40,148 nucleotides of DNA from Promethearchaeota archaeon. Lineage in GTDB: Archaea > Asgardarchaeota > Lokiarchaeia > Sigyniarchaeales > SOKP01. Under the pieces are notes generated by a model, which saw only the letters and a list, made by a program, of their open reading frames with translations, ran no database searches and was not told the DNA's origin. The stretch covers positions 1 through 40,148 of the forward strand of contig JAFGOA010000107.1 of assembly GCA_016926735.1 (NCBI GenBank), read 5' to 3'. Within the stretch, counting starts at the first letter, position 1. Each line of letters begins with the position of its first letter. Shown piece after piece: positions 1 through 10,418 of this stretch. The position numbers and the translations under genes were made by a program.

Positions 1-1850
1 ATATTGATAACTTTAAAATTAAAAATGATAGTTTAAATAAAAAATATAATTTATGGGGATTTAGAGGATTAGCTGGAGCAATGTTCTTTAATCAATTATA
101 TAATGGTGAAAATAATAAAGATAGATTAGAAAAGGAGATAAAAAGATATCTTTTAGAACCTGATGATATTGAAGGTGCAAGATTAAAAATAGATAATTTC
201 TCTAAATATGTAAAAGAAGTAGGAGAGAAAATAGATTCTCATAATAAATCTCCTAAACCACGATCTTCAATATATTTTCTAAGTTATTTTTGGCATATTC
301 AGTCTCCCGAAAAATATCCAATTTTTTTTCCCAAAAGTAGAAAAGTTTTAAAAAAATTGGGATTATTTGATGAATTGGGAAGAGATGATTATGGGAATTT
401 ATATCTTGAATTTTTGAATATTATTCAAGAAATCTTTAATTTAATAAAAAAGAAAATTGGGACTACATTACCATATGATACTATTAATAATATTTTAGAA
501 TGGTATTTTGATGAAATTAAAAGAAAGGATGTATGGATTTGTCCAAAAGAATCATGTGAATATGTTGAAATAGAAATCACAAGAAATGATAAGAACATAA
601 TTGATTCAGGATCATATAGAAAGATTATTGTACATTTTTTGCAACATTTAAAAAATGATAATAGATATTTTAGCTCTCCCGATATTTATGAAATATTTTT
701 AGATAATTCTTCAGAGGATATTTTATCTGAAGAAGAAATTCAAACATATCCAAGCCGACATAAAATTTGGAAAAATCAAATAAGGTCTGTATTGGGTATA
801 ATGACAAAGGAAGGATATCTTGAAACAGATGAATTAGAAGAAATTGATAAAATATACAATAAGGAAATTACTGAAAAAAAGAAATTGAGAACTAGAAAAA
901 GAACTGAAAAATTTTTTGAAGAATTTGAACTTTTTGATGATTGGGAATTATATTCTATTTTACCAGTTCCTATTAAAATAGAGCCAGATTATTCTAATTT
1001 TATTAATTCAAAAATAGACATAGAAAATATAAAAATAGCATTATTAAAAAAAAAACAAATAATATTAATGGGACCACCTGGTACATCTAAATCTTATTTA
1101 GCAGAACAAATTGCTTTAGATTTAATTGATGATTCTTCTAATTATGAAATAATTCAATTTCATCCATCCTATTCTTATGAAGAATTTGTTGAGGGAATTG
1201 AAATTGAATCTACAAGAGATAATCCATTTAAATTTACATCAAAAAAGAAAATCTTTCGAAAAGTTTGTGAATTTTCTAAAGATTTGGAAGAAGGATCATA
1301 TTATGTATTAATAATTGATGAAATAAATAGAGGTAATGTTGAGAAAATATTTGGAGAATTAATTTTTGGCTTGGAAAAAAGAGATAAAGCAATTAAGACA
1401 TTATATATTAATAATAAATTAGAAATTCCGAATAATCTATTAATAATTGGGACTATGAATACTGTTGATTTATCTATAGCTAATATTGATGCAGCATTGC
1501 GTCGGCGATTTCATATTATAACAATAATGCCAGATAAGAAAGTTCTTGAAAATTGGTTATCAAGTAATTATAAGGATAATTTTAAAGACTTTCAAGTAGC
1601 TCTCATACAACTAATGGAAGATCTTAACGAGAAGATTACTTCAGATACTGCTTATCTTGGACCATATAGACAGCTTGGTCATACTTATTTTTTTATAGAA
1701 CCTGAAGAAAATATTGAAAATTTGAAAAAGAAAGTTGATTTAGAATGGAATTATACGGTAAAACCGCTACTTCTAGAATATTTCAATTTTTCTGAAGAAA
1801 AGTTAGGAGAATATGAAATATTATACAATAATTTTAAAAATAAGTTTTAG
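1..1850 (+). CDS. mcrB: McrB-family AAA+ GTPase (5' end outside window)
   Basis: Walker A GPPGTSKS, IQFHPSYSYEEFVEG, Walker B IIDEINRGN, GTMNTVD..D.ALRRRF signature; frame is open back to base 3, so the real start precedes the window. Confidence 0.92.
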   Translation, partial: IDNFKIKNDSLNKKYNLWGFRGLAGAMFFNQLYNGENNKDRLEKEIKRYLLEPDDIEGARLKIDNFSKYVKEVGEKIDSHNKSPKPRSSIYFLSYFWHIQSPEKYPIFFPKSRKVLKKLGLFDELGRDDYGNLYLEFLNIIQEIFNLIKKKIGTTLPYDTINNILEWYFDEIKRKDVWICPKESCEYVEIEITRNDKNIIDSGSYRKIIVHFLQHLKNDNRYFSSPDIYEIFLDNSSEDILSEEEIQTYPSRHKIWKNQIRSVLGIMTKEGYLETDELEEIDKIYNKEITEKKKLRTRKRTEKFFEEFELFDDWELYSILPVPIKIEPDYSNFINSKIDIENIKIALLKKKQIILMGPPGTSKSYLAEQIALDLIDDSSNYEIIQFHPSYSYEEFVEGIEIESTRDNPFKFTSKKKIFRKVCEFSKDLEEGSYYVLIIDEINRGNVEKIFGELIFGLEKRDKAIKTLYINNKLEIPNNLLIIGTMNTVDLSIANIDAALRRRFHIITIMPDKKVLENWLSSNYKDNFKDFQVALIQLMEDLNEKITSDTAYLGPYRQLGHTYFFIEPEENIENLKKKVDLEWNYTVKPLLLEYFNFSEEKLGEYEILYNNFKNKF

Positions 1851-1865
1851 AGGATAAAAAAATTA

Positions 1866-3179
1866 ATGAATGAAGCTAATCCAATTGAGATATTTGAATA
1901 TGGAAATGTTCCTAAACCAATAGAAATACCTATTGAAAAATTAGAAAAATTTTACTTGGATTTTAAAGAGAAATTAAAAATTAAGCCAAAATACGAAAAA
2001 TATAAGAAATTTAAAGAAAGAATAACAGAACATAATAATTTTAATCCTTCAAATAATATGTTCAAATTAAAGCTAAAGGCAAAATATTACATAGGTATAT
2101 TGAAATTACCAAACAATCAGACTATTATAATTAGACCAAAAGTTGGTGAGGATATTAAATTTATAAAAATGCTTGAATATGTTGATCCTCAATATGCTCA
2201 TATATATTATGAGATTTCTCAAAAAATTACGCCTGAAACTAATTTTTTAAGTATTTTAGTAGATAGATTTATTTCATCAGCTGAAAGATTAATCAAAACA
2301 TCTTTAATAAAAAATTATAAAATAAAAAGAAATAGAGGAACTATTATTAGAGGAAAAATTCTTCAAAAAGAGACTATGCAGAATCCAAATTTTTTAAAAG
2401 GATTAGTAGTCTGTGAATATAATGATTATACTCCAGATATAATAGAAAATCAAATCATAAAGTTAGCTTTAAATAATTTAAGATATATAGCAGATGAAAA
2501 CCAACAAGTTCGAATACGCCAATTATTAGTAGAAATACAAGATATTACTTTAAAAGATTTTAAGATCGAAGATATTGAAAGAATTAAATATAATCATTTA
2601 AATTCTCGATATAAAAAAATCCATGATTATTGTAAATTGATAATTGGTAATTTTTCATTTGGTTTTGAAGTTGGAAAAAATGAATGGTTCAGTATGTTAT
2701 TAAATTCTTGGGATATTTATGAACGTTTTATTAGACAATTATTCAATATTTTTTTAAAAGAATTGATGGGTAAAAATATATCAGTAAAAAAAAAAAAAAT
2801 AGGTCAATGGAATTCCTGCGACAAGCAAAAATTAATTCCTGATATTTTAATTAAACAAAAGAATGAAATATTATTACTAATTGATGCTAAATACAAGTTG
2901 AGATTTAAGATAGGAGATTATCATCAAGGACGTACATATTTACATGAAATTCTTAAGAAACATAAAAGATGTGAGGTAAATTTTAATAAAAATCATCGAA
3001 ATTTATTACTTATATATCCTGTTAATTTCACGAATGAATATAATTTCTTACCAATAGAAAAGGATCCAATAAAAAAATCCGGAATTGTTTATGCTCATTC
3101 TATTGATTTATATCATATTGATAATGATTCTTATTTAAGATCTTGGGTAAAAAGAATTTATAAAAAATTCCTAAAATAA
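1866..3179 (+). CDS. mcrC: McrC-family PD-(D/E)xK restriction endonuclease subunit
   Basis: Directly downstream of mcrB; C.Y.DYTPDIIENQIIK segment and IPDILI...IDAKYK nuclease motif. Confidence 0.88.
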   Translation: MNEANPIEIFEYGNVPKPIEIPIEKLEKFYLDFKEKLKIKPKYEKYKKFKERITEHNNFNPSNNMFKLKLKAKYYIGILKLPNNQTIIIRPKVGEDIKFIKMLEYVDPQYAHIYYEISQKITPETNFLSILVDRFISSAERLIKTSLIKNYKIKRNRGTIIRGKILQKETMQNPNFLKGLVVCEYNDYTPDIIENQIIKLALNNLRYIADENQQVRIRQLLVEIQDITLKDFKIEDIERIKYNHLNSRYKKIHDYCKLIIGNFSFGFEVGKNEWFSMLLNSWDIYERFIRQLFNIFLKELMGKNISVKKKKIGQWNSCDKQKLIPDILIKQKNEILLLIDAKYKLRFKIGDYHQGRTYLHEILKKHKRCEVNFNKNHRNLLLIYPVNFTNEYNFLPIEKDPIKKSGIVYAHSIDLYHIDNDSYLRSWVKRIYKKFLK

Positions 3180-3918
3180 GATATTAATTATACTTTCTTT
3201 AATATATATATTTGAATTTCTTTAAATATAATTTTTTTCATGATAATAAGCAATTCAAGAATTTAAAATAATAGATATTTATAGTTGTTTTAAATTGAAA
3301 ATGCAGAAATTTTCTTAAACATTAAGGATGATAGATGATACAATAAATTCTGATTTTTATAAAATTTAAGGAAAAAAAAAAATAAAATTAAACTAAGATT
3401 TCAGCTGATTAATCATATCAAAATTAAAAAAAATTAATTCTAAATCAGATATTAGACCATGTTATGATACATTAAATATTATAAATAATAAAGAAAATTT
3501 TAAAAATATTAATCTAACACGATTAATATTTTTATATTACGTAAAAATATATTTTGATTTTTACGGAAATATAAATTCATCTAATGTAGTTTGTCTTTTT
3601 TTTTTTAAATGTATTTTTCTATTTCTGAATACAAAATATATTTTTGGTTTTTTATTATTTATTAATAAAACTAAAATGAATTCTTCTATTTTTATTCACC
3701 CCTTTTGTATAATTCAAAATAATTGAAAATAAGTTATGATTTTGTCTATTACTCTAAAAAAATATAATGAATTTCTTTTGTCTCCTGTGATAAAATATAT
3801 GATTTTTTATATTTAAAATTATTTCGAAGCGCCTTTTCATATTTAAAGCGAATTTTTATTTTTAAACTAAATCTTATTATTTTAAAACTTTTAACATAAA
3901 CAATTTTAATATAATAAT

Positions 3919-3932
3919 CGTGAAAAAACGGA
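3919..3932 (+). repeat. Boundary site, degenerate type A
   Basis: CGTGAAAAAACGGA; left flank similar to that of the 24329 site. Confidence 0.65.
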
Positions 3933-4474
3933 CTTATATTGGGGGTTTCACGAACTTTTATAATTAATATCAATATCATTATTTTTTCCTTATATAGTAT
4001 AAATCTTATATTATTAGATTTGTTTAATAATAAATAACTCATTTGTTTTCCTATAGTACGAGTATAAGGTATACTCCATCATATTAAATTCTACTAAAGA
4101 AGTATATTAACTTCTTTAATATGATTTTTTATTTCAAATAATTCAAGATTAATATTTTCAGGTGTTATCTCTCTTCTTAATAATGAATATTCTTCTTTTA
4201 GATTGAAATTTTTTATATTTCTATAAAATCTTTTTTTTTTGAAATTTTCTCAATTTTTGTTGATTTATACTCTCAATTCCAATGTAAAGATTAATCTTAA
4301 AAACTTGAATTTTATAATAACCAAGTAATTCTTTTTTTAGCCCTTTTTTATTTATATTCTCTATTTTCACCTTCGATAGAATATTATCAAAATGAGAAAT
4401 TATATTTACATTTTGACAATAAATATTTAAGTAATAGTTTTACAATTATAGAATTATAAAAGACATAGGTTTTT

Positions 4475-5572
4475 ATCACGCCAGTAGAAGTTAATTTTAA
4501 TTTAGAGGATATTCGAAACATTGAGGATATAGCTAAAACCCAAATTCAAAAGTTTAATAATTTACGAGATTTAATTAAAGATTTAGTTTTTGTACCTACT
4601 GATCCTATTGGTCACTATTCTGCTATTACTTACAAATCTATTGATGGAGGTAAAATGGGTATTCATTTTGATCCTTTTGAGTTAGAATTCATTGTAATAA
4701 GTGATTCAAATGGATATGAAATAATGAAATTCATAGTTCCTAATAATGACAATTTAACTAAGAAAGATTTTAAATTTTTAGATAATTTCCATGAAATAAA
4801 TATACTTTCTTCAATTTTAAAGGTTAATTCTATTATAGAAGCTTCAGAAATTCTTAATAATCCTTATACAGCTATGGATCTAGCAGAATATGCTTGTATA
4901 TTTGAAAACTTAATGAAAGATAAAACTGAACCAAAATTATTTATGAAGGATGGTTTATTAAGATCAAAAGCTTTTAAACATGAATTAATGCAAAATTTAC
5001 TTGATATCTTAAAAGAATATCCTAAAAGAAAATTAGTCGGAGTAGCAAAAAGATCAAAAGTTTTAAGTCTTATTTCAACTGCTTTAAGGGTACAAAAAGT
5101 TTTTCCTCCTAATATGACAGGATATGTAGAAATTCCGTTAGATATTGAAAGAATGGCATATAAATGGACAGGAAAAGGAAAAATATCTAAAAATAATCAA
5201 GGACCATTGTCTTATGCTCTGGGTAAATTATATATTGTTAAATTATCAAAAAGAAATAATTTGTTACTAACAATAGAAATTCCTTATGATTATTTGAATA
5301 ATGAATCAATATATAATAATAAAGAAATAAATGAAATAATTGGCCATTTAATAAAAGATTCAATGATGTCTTATCCAATTTTAGGTTATCCGCAAACAAT
5401 AATGAGAGCACATGAAAAAGCAGTTAGATGTGGTTTTACAGGTTCTGTTTGGAAAGATAAAATAATAGAATATATTTTAAGTAATATTGGTGATAGAAGA
5501 TTATCAAAACTAATTAGAAATCAAATTTTTCTTCAAGAAATTGTTAATAAAGGAATTTTAGGAGGAATATAA
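4475..5572 (+). CDS. nurA: NurA-family 5'-3' nuclease, extended upstream of the called ATG at 4655
   Basis: Catalytic-type SIDGG lies in frame just upstream of 4655; MKDGLL, LVGVAKRS and LGYPQTIMRAHEKA motifs; frame open from 4469, proposed ATC start at 4475. Confidence 0.8.
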   Translation: MTPVEVNFNLEDIRNIEDIAKTQIQKFNNLRDLIKDLVFVPTDPIGHYSAITYKSIDGGKMGIHFDPFELEFIVISDSNGYEIMKFIVPNNDNLTKKDFKFLDNFHEINILSSILKVNSIIEASEILNNPYTAMDLAEYACIFENLMKDKTEPKLFMKDGLLRSKAFKHELMQNLLDILKEYPKRKLVGVAKRSKVLSLISTALRVQKVFPPNMTGYVEIPLDIERMAYKWTGKGKISKNNQGPLSYALGKLYIVKLSKRNNLLLTIEIPYDYLNNESIYNNKEINEIIGHLIKDSMMSYPILGYPQTIMRAHEKAVRCGFTGSVWKDKIIEYILSNIGDRRLSKLIRNQIFLQEIVNKGILGGI

Positions 5573-5573
5573 A

Positions 5574-7463
5574 ATGAGTGATCATAATGGTAATGTTGTG
5601 GGTTTATTTATTGGATTAAATAGTTCTTCATATGAATATATTGCAAGTATAATAGCTCCATATCAACAAGAATATGCTCCAATTGTCGGAGGATTTATGT
5701 TAATTGAAAGTATAAATGAATATTTAGTAGCAAGAATAATGGATTATGTGCCTAAAGGAGAATTTATGTCATCAATGGGAATAAAATGGCTTTCAGATGT
5801 AGCACTTTCTCCTGAATCAATAGGACAAGATATAAAAACCAGTAAAGTAAGTTATCAAGTAAAAATAAAATTATTAGGGCGTCTAGATAAAAATACTAAT
5901 GAATTCATACCTGGAATTAAAACCATACCACATATAACTAGTAAAGTTGTTCAACCAAAAAAAGAAATAATTGAGATGATATGTAATAAAGCATTAGAGG
6001 ATCAATCTGAAGGTATTGAAATTGGTGAATATTGGCAAAATAAAGACATAAAAATTCATTTTAATCTTGAAGATCTTGTTGGAAAAAGAACTTTTATATT
6101 TGCTCGTGCAGGTTACGGAAAAAGTAATTTAATGAAAGTTATATCTTCAAATTGGATAGATGATTTAGGATCTCTCATTATTTTTGATCCAGAAGGAGAA
6201 TATGCAGTTACAGATAACAAAGATAGACCAGGAATAATGGATAAAAAACCTGCAATTTTAGTAACAAATCGCAATGATGTAAACAAAAAAACTCGATTCA
6301 ATGTTTATAATAAACTTAAATTTGATTTAAGAAAATTTCCTCCCAATTTTATTATTCCAATACTTATTCCAGAAACAAAGCATGAAATGATATTCTTTCA
6401 AAAACTTATGGGGCTTCAACAGAATCCTTCGAACTGGTCGAGACTTGTTGATTATTTAGGAGAAAATCGATGGAGATCTGATCTGGCTGAAGTTGGGAGG
6501 ATTATTGATGTAGAACCAGGTGATTATCAAAATCTTAGACCTATCTTAAATAATCTTATTCATCCAATTGAACAACTACATGATTCTGAATCAAATTTAT
6601 TAGACATTTTAGAAGAAGGCGTGATACAGGATAGTATTATTATTATTGATATTTCATTACTTAATTCTAATACAGCACTTCAATTGAGTTCAACAATTAT
6701 AAGTCATTTTTTTAATAGAAATCAAATTAGATTTACAACAGGAGATAAGGAATTAGCAAAAGTAGTTTTTGTTGTTGAAGAAGCTCAATCAGTAATTGGT
6801 GGCAAAAAAAGTGTTTCAAAATTTGTAGAATTAGCAAAAGAGGGTAGAAAATATCAATTAGGAGCTATTTTTATTACTCAACAACCGGGAAGTATCTCGA
6901 AGGAAATATTAAGTCAAGGAGATAATTTTTTTGTTTTTCATTTACTTAGTAAATCCGATTTAATTACATTACAAAAATGTAATGCTCATTATTCTGATGA
7001 TATATTAACACAGATATTAAATGAGCCAATTAGGGGTAAATCATATATGTGGACATCAAATCAACCATTTGTTTTACCAATCCATATAAAGAATTTTGAA
7101 GATATCGCAAAAGCAAATAATTCTATGAAAATACAAGAAGAAAATAAGATATTAGATCAAATCCTTATGAGAATTGATAATTTAGGGGAAATTGAAGTAC
7201 AAATCTTTAGAAAGATGATAAATATTATTAATGACAATAATTGGGATATACAAAATCGAAGAGAAATTATGATGGATGATAATAAAAAAAAATTATGTCT
7301 TACACTTTTTAAATTATTAGATAATGAAGAAATAGAATATTTAAATCAACAAAATGGTCTAGCAAAAAATAGCGATACAAGTATTCCTTATTCTATAAGC
7401 TATAAGTATATTGGTATTCTTCATGAAAGAGCAAGGATTCATGCTAGTTCTATTGAGGAATAA
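5574..7463 (+). CDS. herA: HerA/FtsK-family ATPase/helicase (DUF87)
   Basis: ARAGYGKS Walker A, IIFDPEGEY, VVEEAQ Walker B, KEGRKY...ITQQP; coupled to nurA. Confidence 0.88.
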   Translation: MSDHNGNVVGLFIGLNSSSYEYIASIIAPYQQEYAPIVGGFMLIESINEYLVARIMDYVPKGEFMSSMGIKWLSDVALSPESIGQDIKTSKVSYQVKIKLLGRLDKNTNEFIPGIKTIPHITSKVVQPKKEIIEMICNKALEDQSEGIEIGEYWQNKDIKIHFNLEDLVGKRTFIFARAGYGKSNLMKVISSNWIDDLGSLIIFDPEGEYAVTDNKDRPGIMDKKPAILVTNRNDVNKKTRFNVYNKLKFDLRKFPPNFIIPILIPETKHEMIFFQKLMGLQQNPSNWSRLVDYLGENRWRSDLAEVGRIIDVEPGDYQNLRPILNNLIHPIEQLHDSESNLLDILEEGVIQDSIIIIDISLLNSNTALQLSSTIISHFFNRNQIRFTTGDKELAKVVFVVEEAQSVIGGKKSVSKFVELAKEGRKYQLGAIFITQQPGSISKEILSQGDNFFVFHLLSKSDLITLQKCNAHYSDDILTQILNEPIRGKSYMWTSNQPFVLPIHIKNFEDIAKANNSMKIQEENKILDQILMRIDNLGEIEVQIFRKMINIINDNNWDIQNRREIMMDDNKKKLCLTLFKLLDNEEIEYLNQQNGLAKNSDTSIPYSISYKYIGILHERARIHASSIEE

Positions 7464-7470
7464 AAAATAT

Positions 7471-8676
7471 CTAAATCCATAAACTATAATTTTCTTTTTT
7501 CCATTCCAAATATCTTTTATCTCTCTTGGTTCTAGGGATAATCCATCTTCTTTTCATGAATTCATTTATTTCTTCAATTGAAATATCATAATAATTAGGT
7601 TCTTCATTTTGAATTAATACTTGTTTATAATTTTTACATAGTGGAATAATAAATTGTTCACGATTTATATTATGTCTAAGAAAACTCTGTGGTTTCTCTA
7701 TTGATTTTAAAAATTTATGAATTACTTCTCTTTTATTTCTAAAACCAGATCCCCATTCTTTAATTTTTTGAGATGGAAGATAATATTTTGATACAAATGA
7801 AAAAATTTCATTATAGAGAGAACCATGAAATTGAAATTCACCATATCCATTTGAAAAACCACATTTTATAAATTTTTGACCATTAGGAAGTTTTATTCTA
7901 TCATATATTGAACTTTTGCCCAGAGCAGATAGAGTTGATATCATTATTAATTCACCCGTATTTTCTCTCTCTTTAATAAATGATTTTGTTCCTTGATATT
8001 TTTTTTTATAATCCTCCCTAATTTGATTGGAGAAGAGTAGAGAAGCAATTAATTTTCCCCCTAAAATCATATTATATGGTGGAACGGCTCCAATTAAGAA
8101 TCCATCCAATATCATATTAAGATTTTGTTGTTTATCTAGTTTTTTCCATCCAATATAGTTATCTCTTGATTTAATTGAAAATACAGGATCACAAAGACCT
8201 AAAATACCCATAATTTTGTTTGTTGTACTATCAAATATAAGATAGGTCAATCTTTTTCCATATCCACTAGATATTGGGATACTCCAATGAATTTTTATAT
8301 AATTAAATAAATTCCATAATTCGTGACGAGAATCAACGAGTATAATCTTAGGTTTTATTTTATTTGGTTTAATCTCATAACCATTAGCAATATATTCAAG
8401 TAATTTTTTTTCAATAGGTTTTAATTTCTTTTTATACTTTTTTCTCATTGCTTCAACAGCAACTTTATGAAGATTTCTTATATTATTTTTATTATTTTCA
8501 AATATTAATTGTTTATTTTCAATCCAAAATCCATTTCTATGAAAATATGGAAATATTTTTTGATCTAGTATGAATTTATCAAGACAATAATTAATTACAT
8601 TCTCATTTATTTTATCTAATATATTATTTTCATTATTATGATTTATATATTCACTGAAATTGATTTTTAAATCCAT
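7471..8676 (-). CDS. druA: Druantia DruA-like protein (DUF4338)
   Basis: WSIPISSGYGKRL.YLIFD...GILGL.DPVF...RD.YIGW and GAVPPYN.ILGGKLIA motifs typical of DruA. Confidence 0.75.
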   Translation of the reverse strand: MDLKINFSEYINHNNENNILDKINENVINYCLDKFILDQKIFPYFHRNGFWIENKQLIFENNKNNIRNLHKVAVEAMRKKYKKKLKPIEKKLLEYIANGYEIKPNKIKPKIILVDSRHELWNLFNYIKIHWSIPISSGYGKRLTYLIFDSTTNKIMGILGLCDPVFSIKSRDNYIGWKKLDKQQNLNMILDGFLIGAVPPYNMILGGKLIASLLFSNQIREDYKKKYQGTKSFIKERENTGELIMISTLSALGKSSIYDRIKLPNGQKFIKCGFSNGYGEFQFHGSLYNEIFSFVSKYYLPSQKIKEWGSGFRNKREVIHKFLKSIEKPQSFLRHNINREQFIIPLCKNYKQVLIQNEEPNYYDISIEEINEFMKRRWIIPRTKRDKRYLEWKKENYSLWI

Positions 8677-8891
8677 AAAATCTAATCCCTTTATGAAAAA
8701 TATTATTAAGTAATTATTTGTCTATTTTTAGAATAATAAGAATCTAAATTATTAATAGATTATTTGATCCTTACTTTTAGTATATCTTTATTATTCTAAA
8801 TTTTTTAATAAAAATGATTTAAACTATAAAATTTATGAAAATTATATTAATTTTACATCTCTTCTGTTTGAAAAGTTAAATATAATGGATT

Positions 8892-8905
8892 CGTAAAATA
8901 ACTCA
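8892..8905 (+). repeat. Boundary site, degenerate type A
   Basis: CGTAAAATAACTCA (2 mismatches). Confidence 0.45.
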
Positions 8906-8910
8906 TCTCT

Positions 8911-9286
8911 CTAACTTTGATTGACAAATACATCTGTAAACACTTGAAATTCATAATCATGATCATCAGTAAATATTTTTGCTTGATTCCATTCATATAA
9001 TATTTTCTTCTAACCATAAGGATGCATTATCTGGAGTCCATTCTTCAATTATTCCCTCTTTTCTTATATATTCGAGTTTTCTGCCTAATTCTTTACCAGT
9101 TACTGGAATTGATTGAGATAAGTATGATAATATATGTAGTTCATGCTCTAGTAATACCATTAAAGTATCTTAAAGAAATGATTCTCCTCCTCATGGATTC
9201 GAGTAGATTATTTCCCTTGATTCATGATTTGGATAATATTTAATAGCTATATTCTTCAGCTATTCCTTTTTAGATTACCTAACCAT
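8911..9286 (-). pseudogene. Degraded ORF of unknown function
   Basis: Protein-like segments (MVLLEHELHILSYLSQSIPVTGKELGRKLEYIRKEGIIEEW; YEWNQAKIFTDDHDYEFQ) broken by stops and a frameshift. Confidence 0.35.
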
Positions 9287-9820
9287 TATTTTAATAGAAA
9301 ATTCTGTTTTTTTATTACTAAAGAGAATACAACTAAAAAATTCATTTTTAAAGAATATTTACTGATATATATGAATTTTTTATAGTTTTTTTAGAATAAT
9401 AGGGAGAATTTTACTACTATTATTTTGCTGTAAAATATAAGTAGAGGATTTCTATTCTTATAATTTAATAGGATTAAAAATAACAAATAATTATTACAAA
9501 ATTATGCCTAATTAACCTATAATAGCTATATAGGAATAGGTATATAGTATATTATATATTCCTTTTAAGAGGCTCATGATATAATTTTCAATGAGGAACA
9601 TTTCTATTATCCGGATATCATAGGCATAAGTGTTATAAATTATTAATATATTGTAATGATAAATACTAAAATATAGCAATATCGATATAAGAACCATATT
9701 ATCTGTCTTTTTTCTTTATATTTTAGTGATATTAATTGATCCTATATTCTGGAATTTATCTTAAGTTTTATAAATAAGAATCTTGTTAATATATTTAAAA
9801 ATGATATTTTTGATATTTAT

Positions 9821-9834
9821 CGTTAAATAACTGA
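9821..9834 (+). repeat. Boundary site, degenerate type A
   Basis: CGTTAAATAACTGA. Confidence 0.75.
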
Positions 9835-10142
9835 ATATTTAATATTATAAGGATGCTTCATACAAAAAATTTTATTCTATTTTAATCTATAAGATTACGG
9901 CATAAATAATATTAATTTATGTGATTGAATTATAGAAACTGAAAAATTAAAAATATTACATATTAAGCTCAAAGGAATAATATCATCTCGATTTGAGATA
10001 ATTAAATCTATACTGGGTGTATAAAATGATGCTGAAGTTGTTAGATTTTTAATCCAAAGGTACTATAAAGAACATTTAGAAAGAGAAGAAAAGTCTGTAA
10101 GAGATGAACTAGAAAAAGATAGAAAAATTATTTCCAGATTTT
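9821..10142 (+). pseudogene. Decayed copy of the antitoxin module at 24900-25220
   Basis: Co-linear nucleotide similarity to 24900-25220 starting at the repeat site; ATG mutated to ATA, CAA mutated to TAA, doc toxin missing. Confidence 0.85.
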
Positions 10143-10148
10143 AGAAAT

Positions 10149-10310
10149 ATGGAAAGAGAAGAGGATACGGAGGAAGAAAGAAGAGTCTTTTATGTGGGTA
10201 TAACAAGAGCAAAAGATAAATTATATATTTTATCATTTGGAACTGAACATTCACATTTCATAAGTCCTGCTGAAATTGATCCTAATTTATATAAGAAGAT
10301 TATTCTATAA
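10149..10310 (+). pseudogene. C-terminal fragment of a UvrD/Rep (SF1) helicase
   Basis: 53-aa ORF MEREEDTEEERRVFYVGITRAKDKLYIL matches helicase motif VI (EE.R..YV..TRA). Confidence 0.75.
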
Positions 10311-10418
10311 AGTATAAATAAGATTAAAACTTAAAATTAAGTTATTATAAAATCTAAAAGACAAAATAAAGTATATAAATAATTAGAAACAATATTTATT
10401 TTTTATTGATGATTTCAA

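Noticed and set aside
3749-4042. 97-aa minus-strand ORF
   Set aside because: Low-complexity I/K/F/Y composition of AT-rich DNA, and it spans a boundary site.
6113-6301. Antisense ORFs (also 10709, 15187, 16221, 17129, 18540, 20729, 21851, 33108, 33792)
   Set aside because: Shadows on the opposite strand of well-supported genes.
9022-9697. ORFs 9022-9243 and 9512-9697
   Set aside because: No motifs or SD; the first is antisense to a probable pseudogene.
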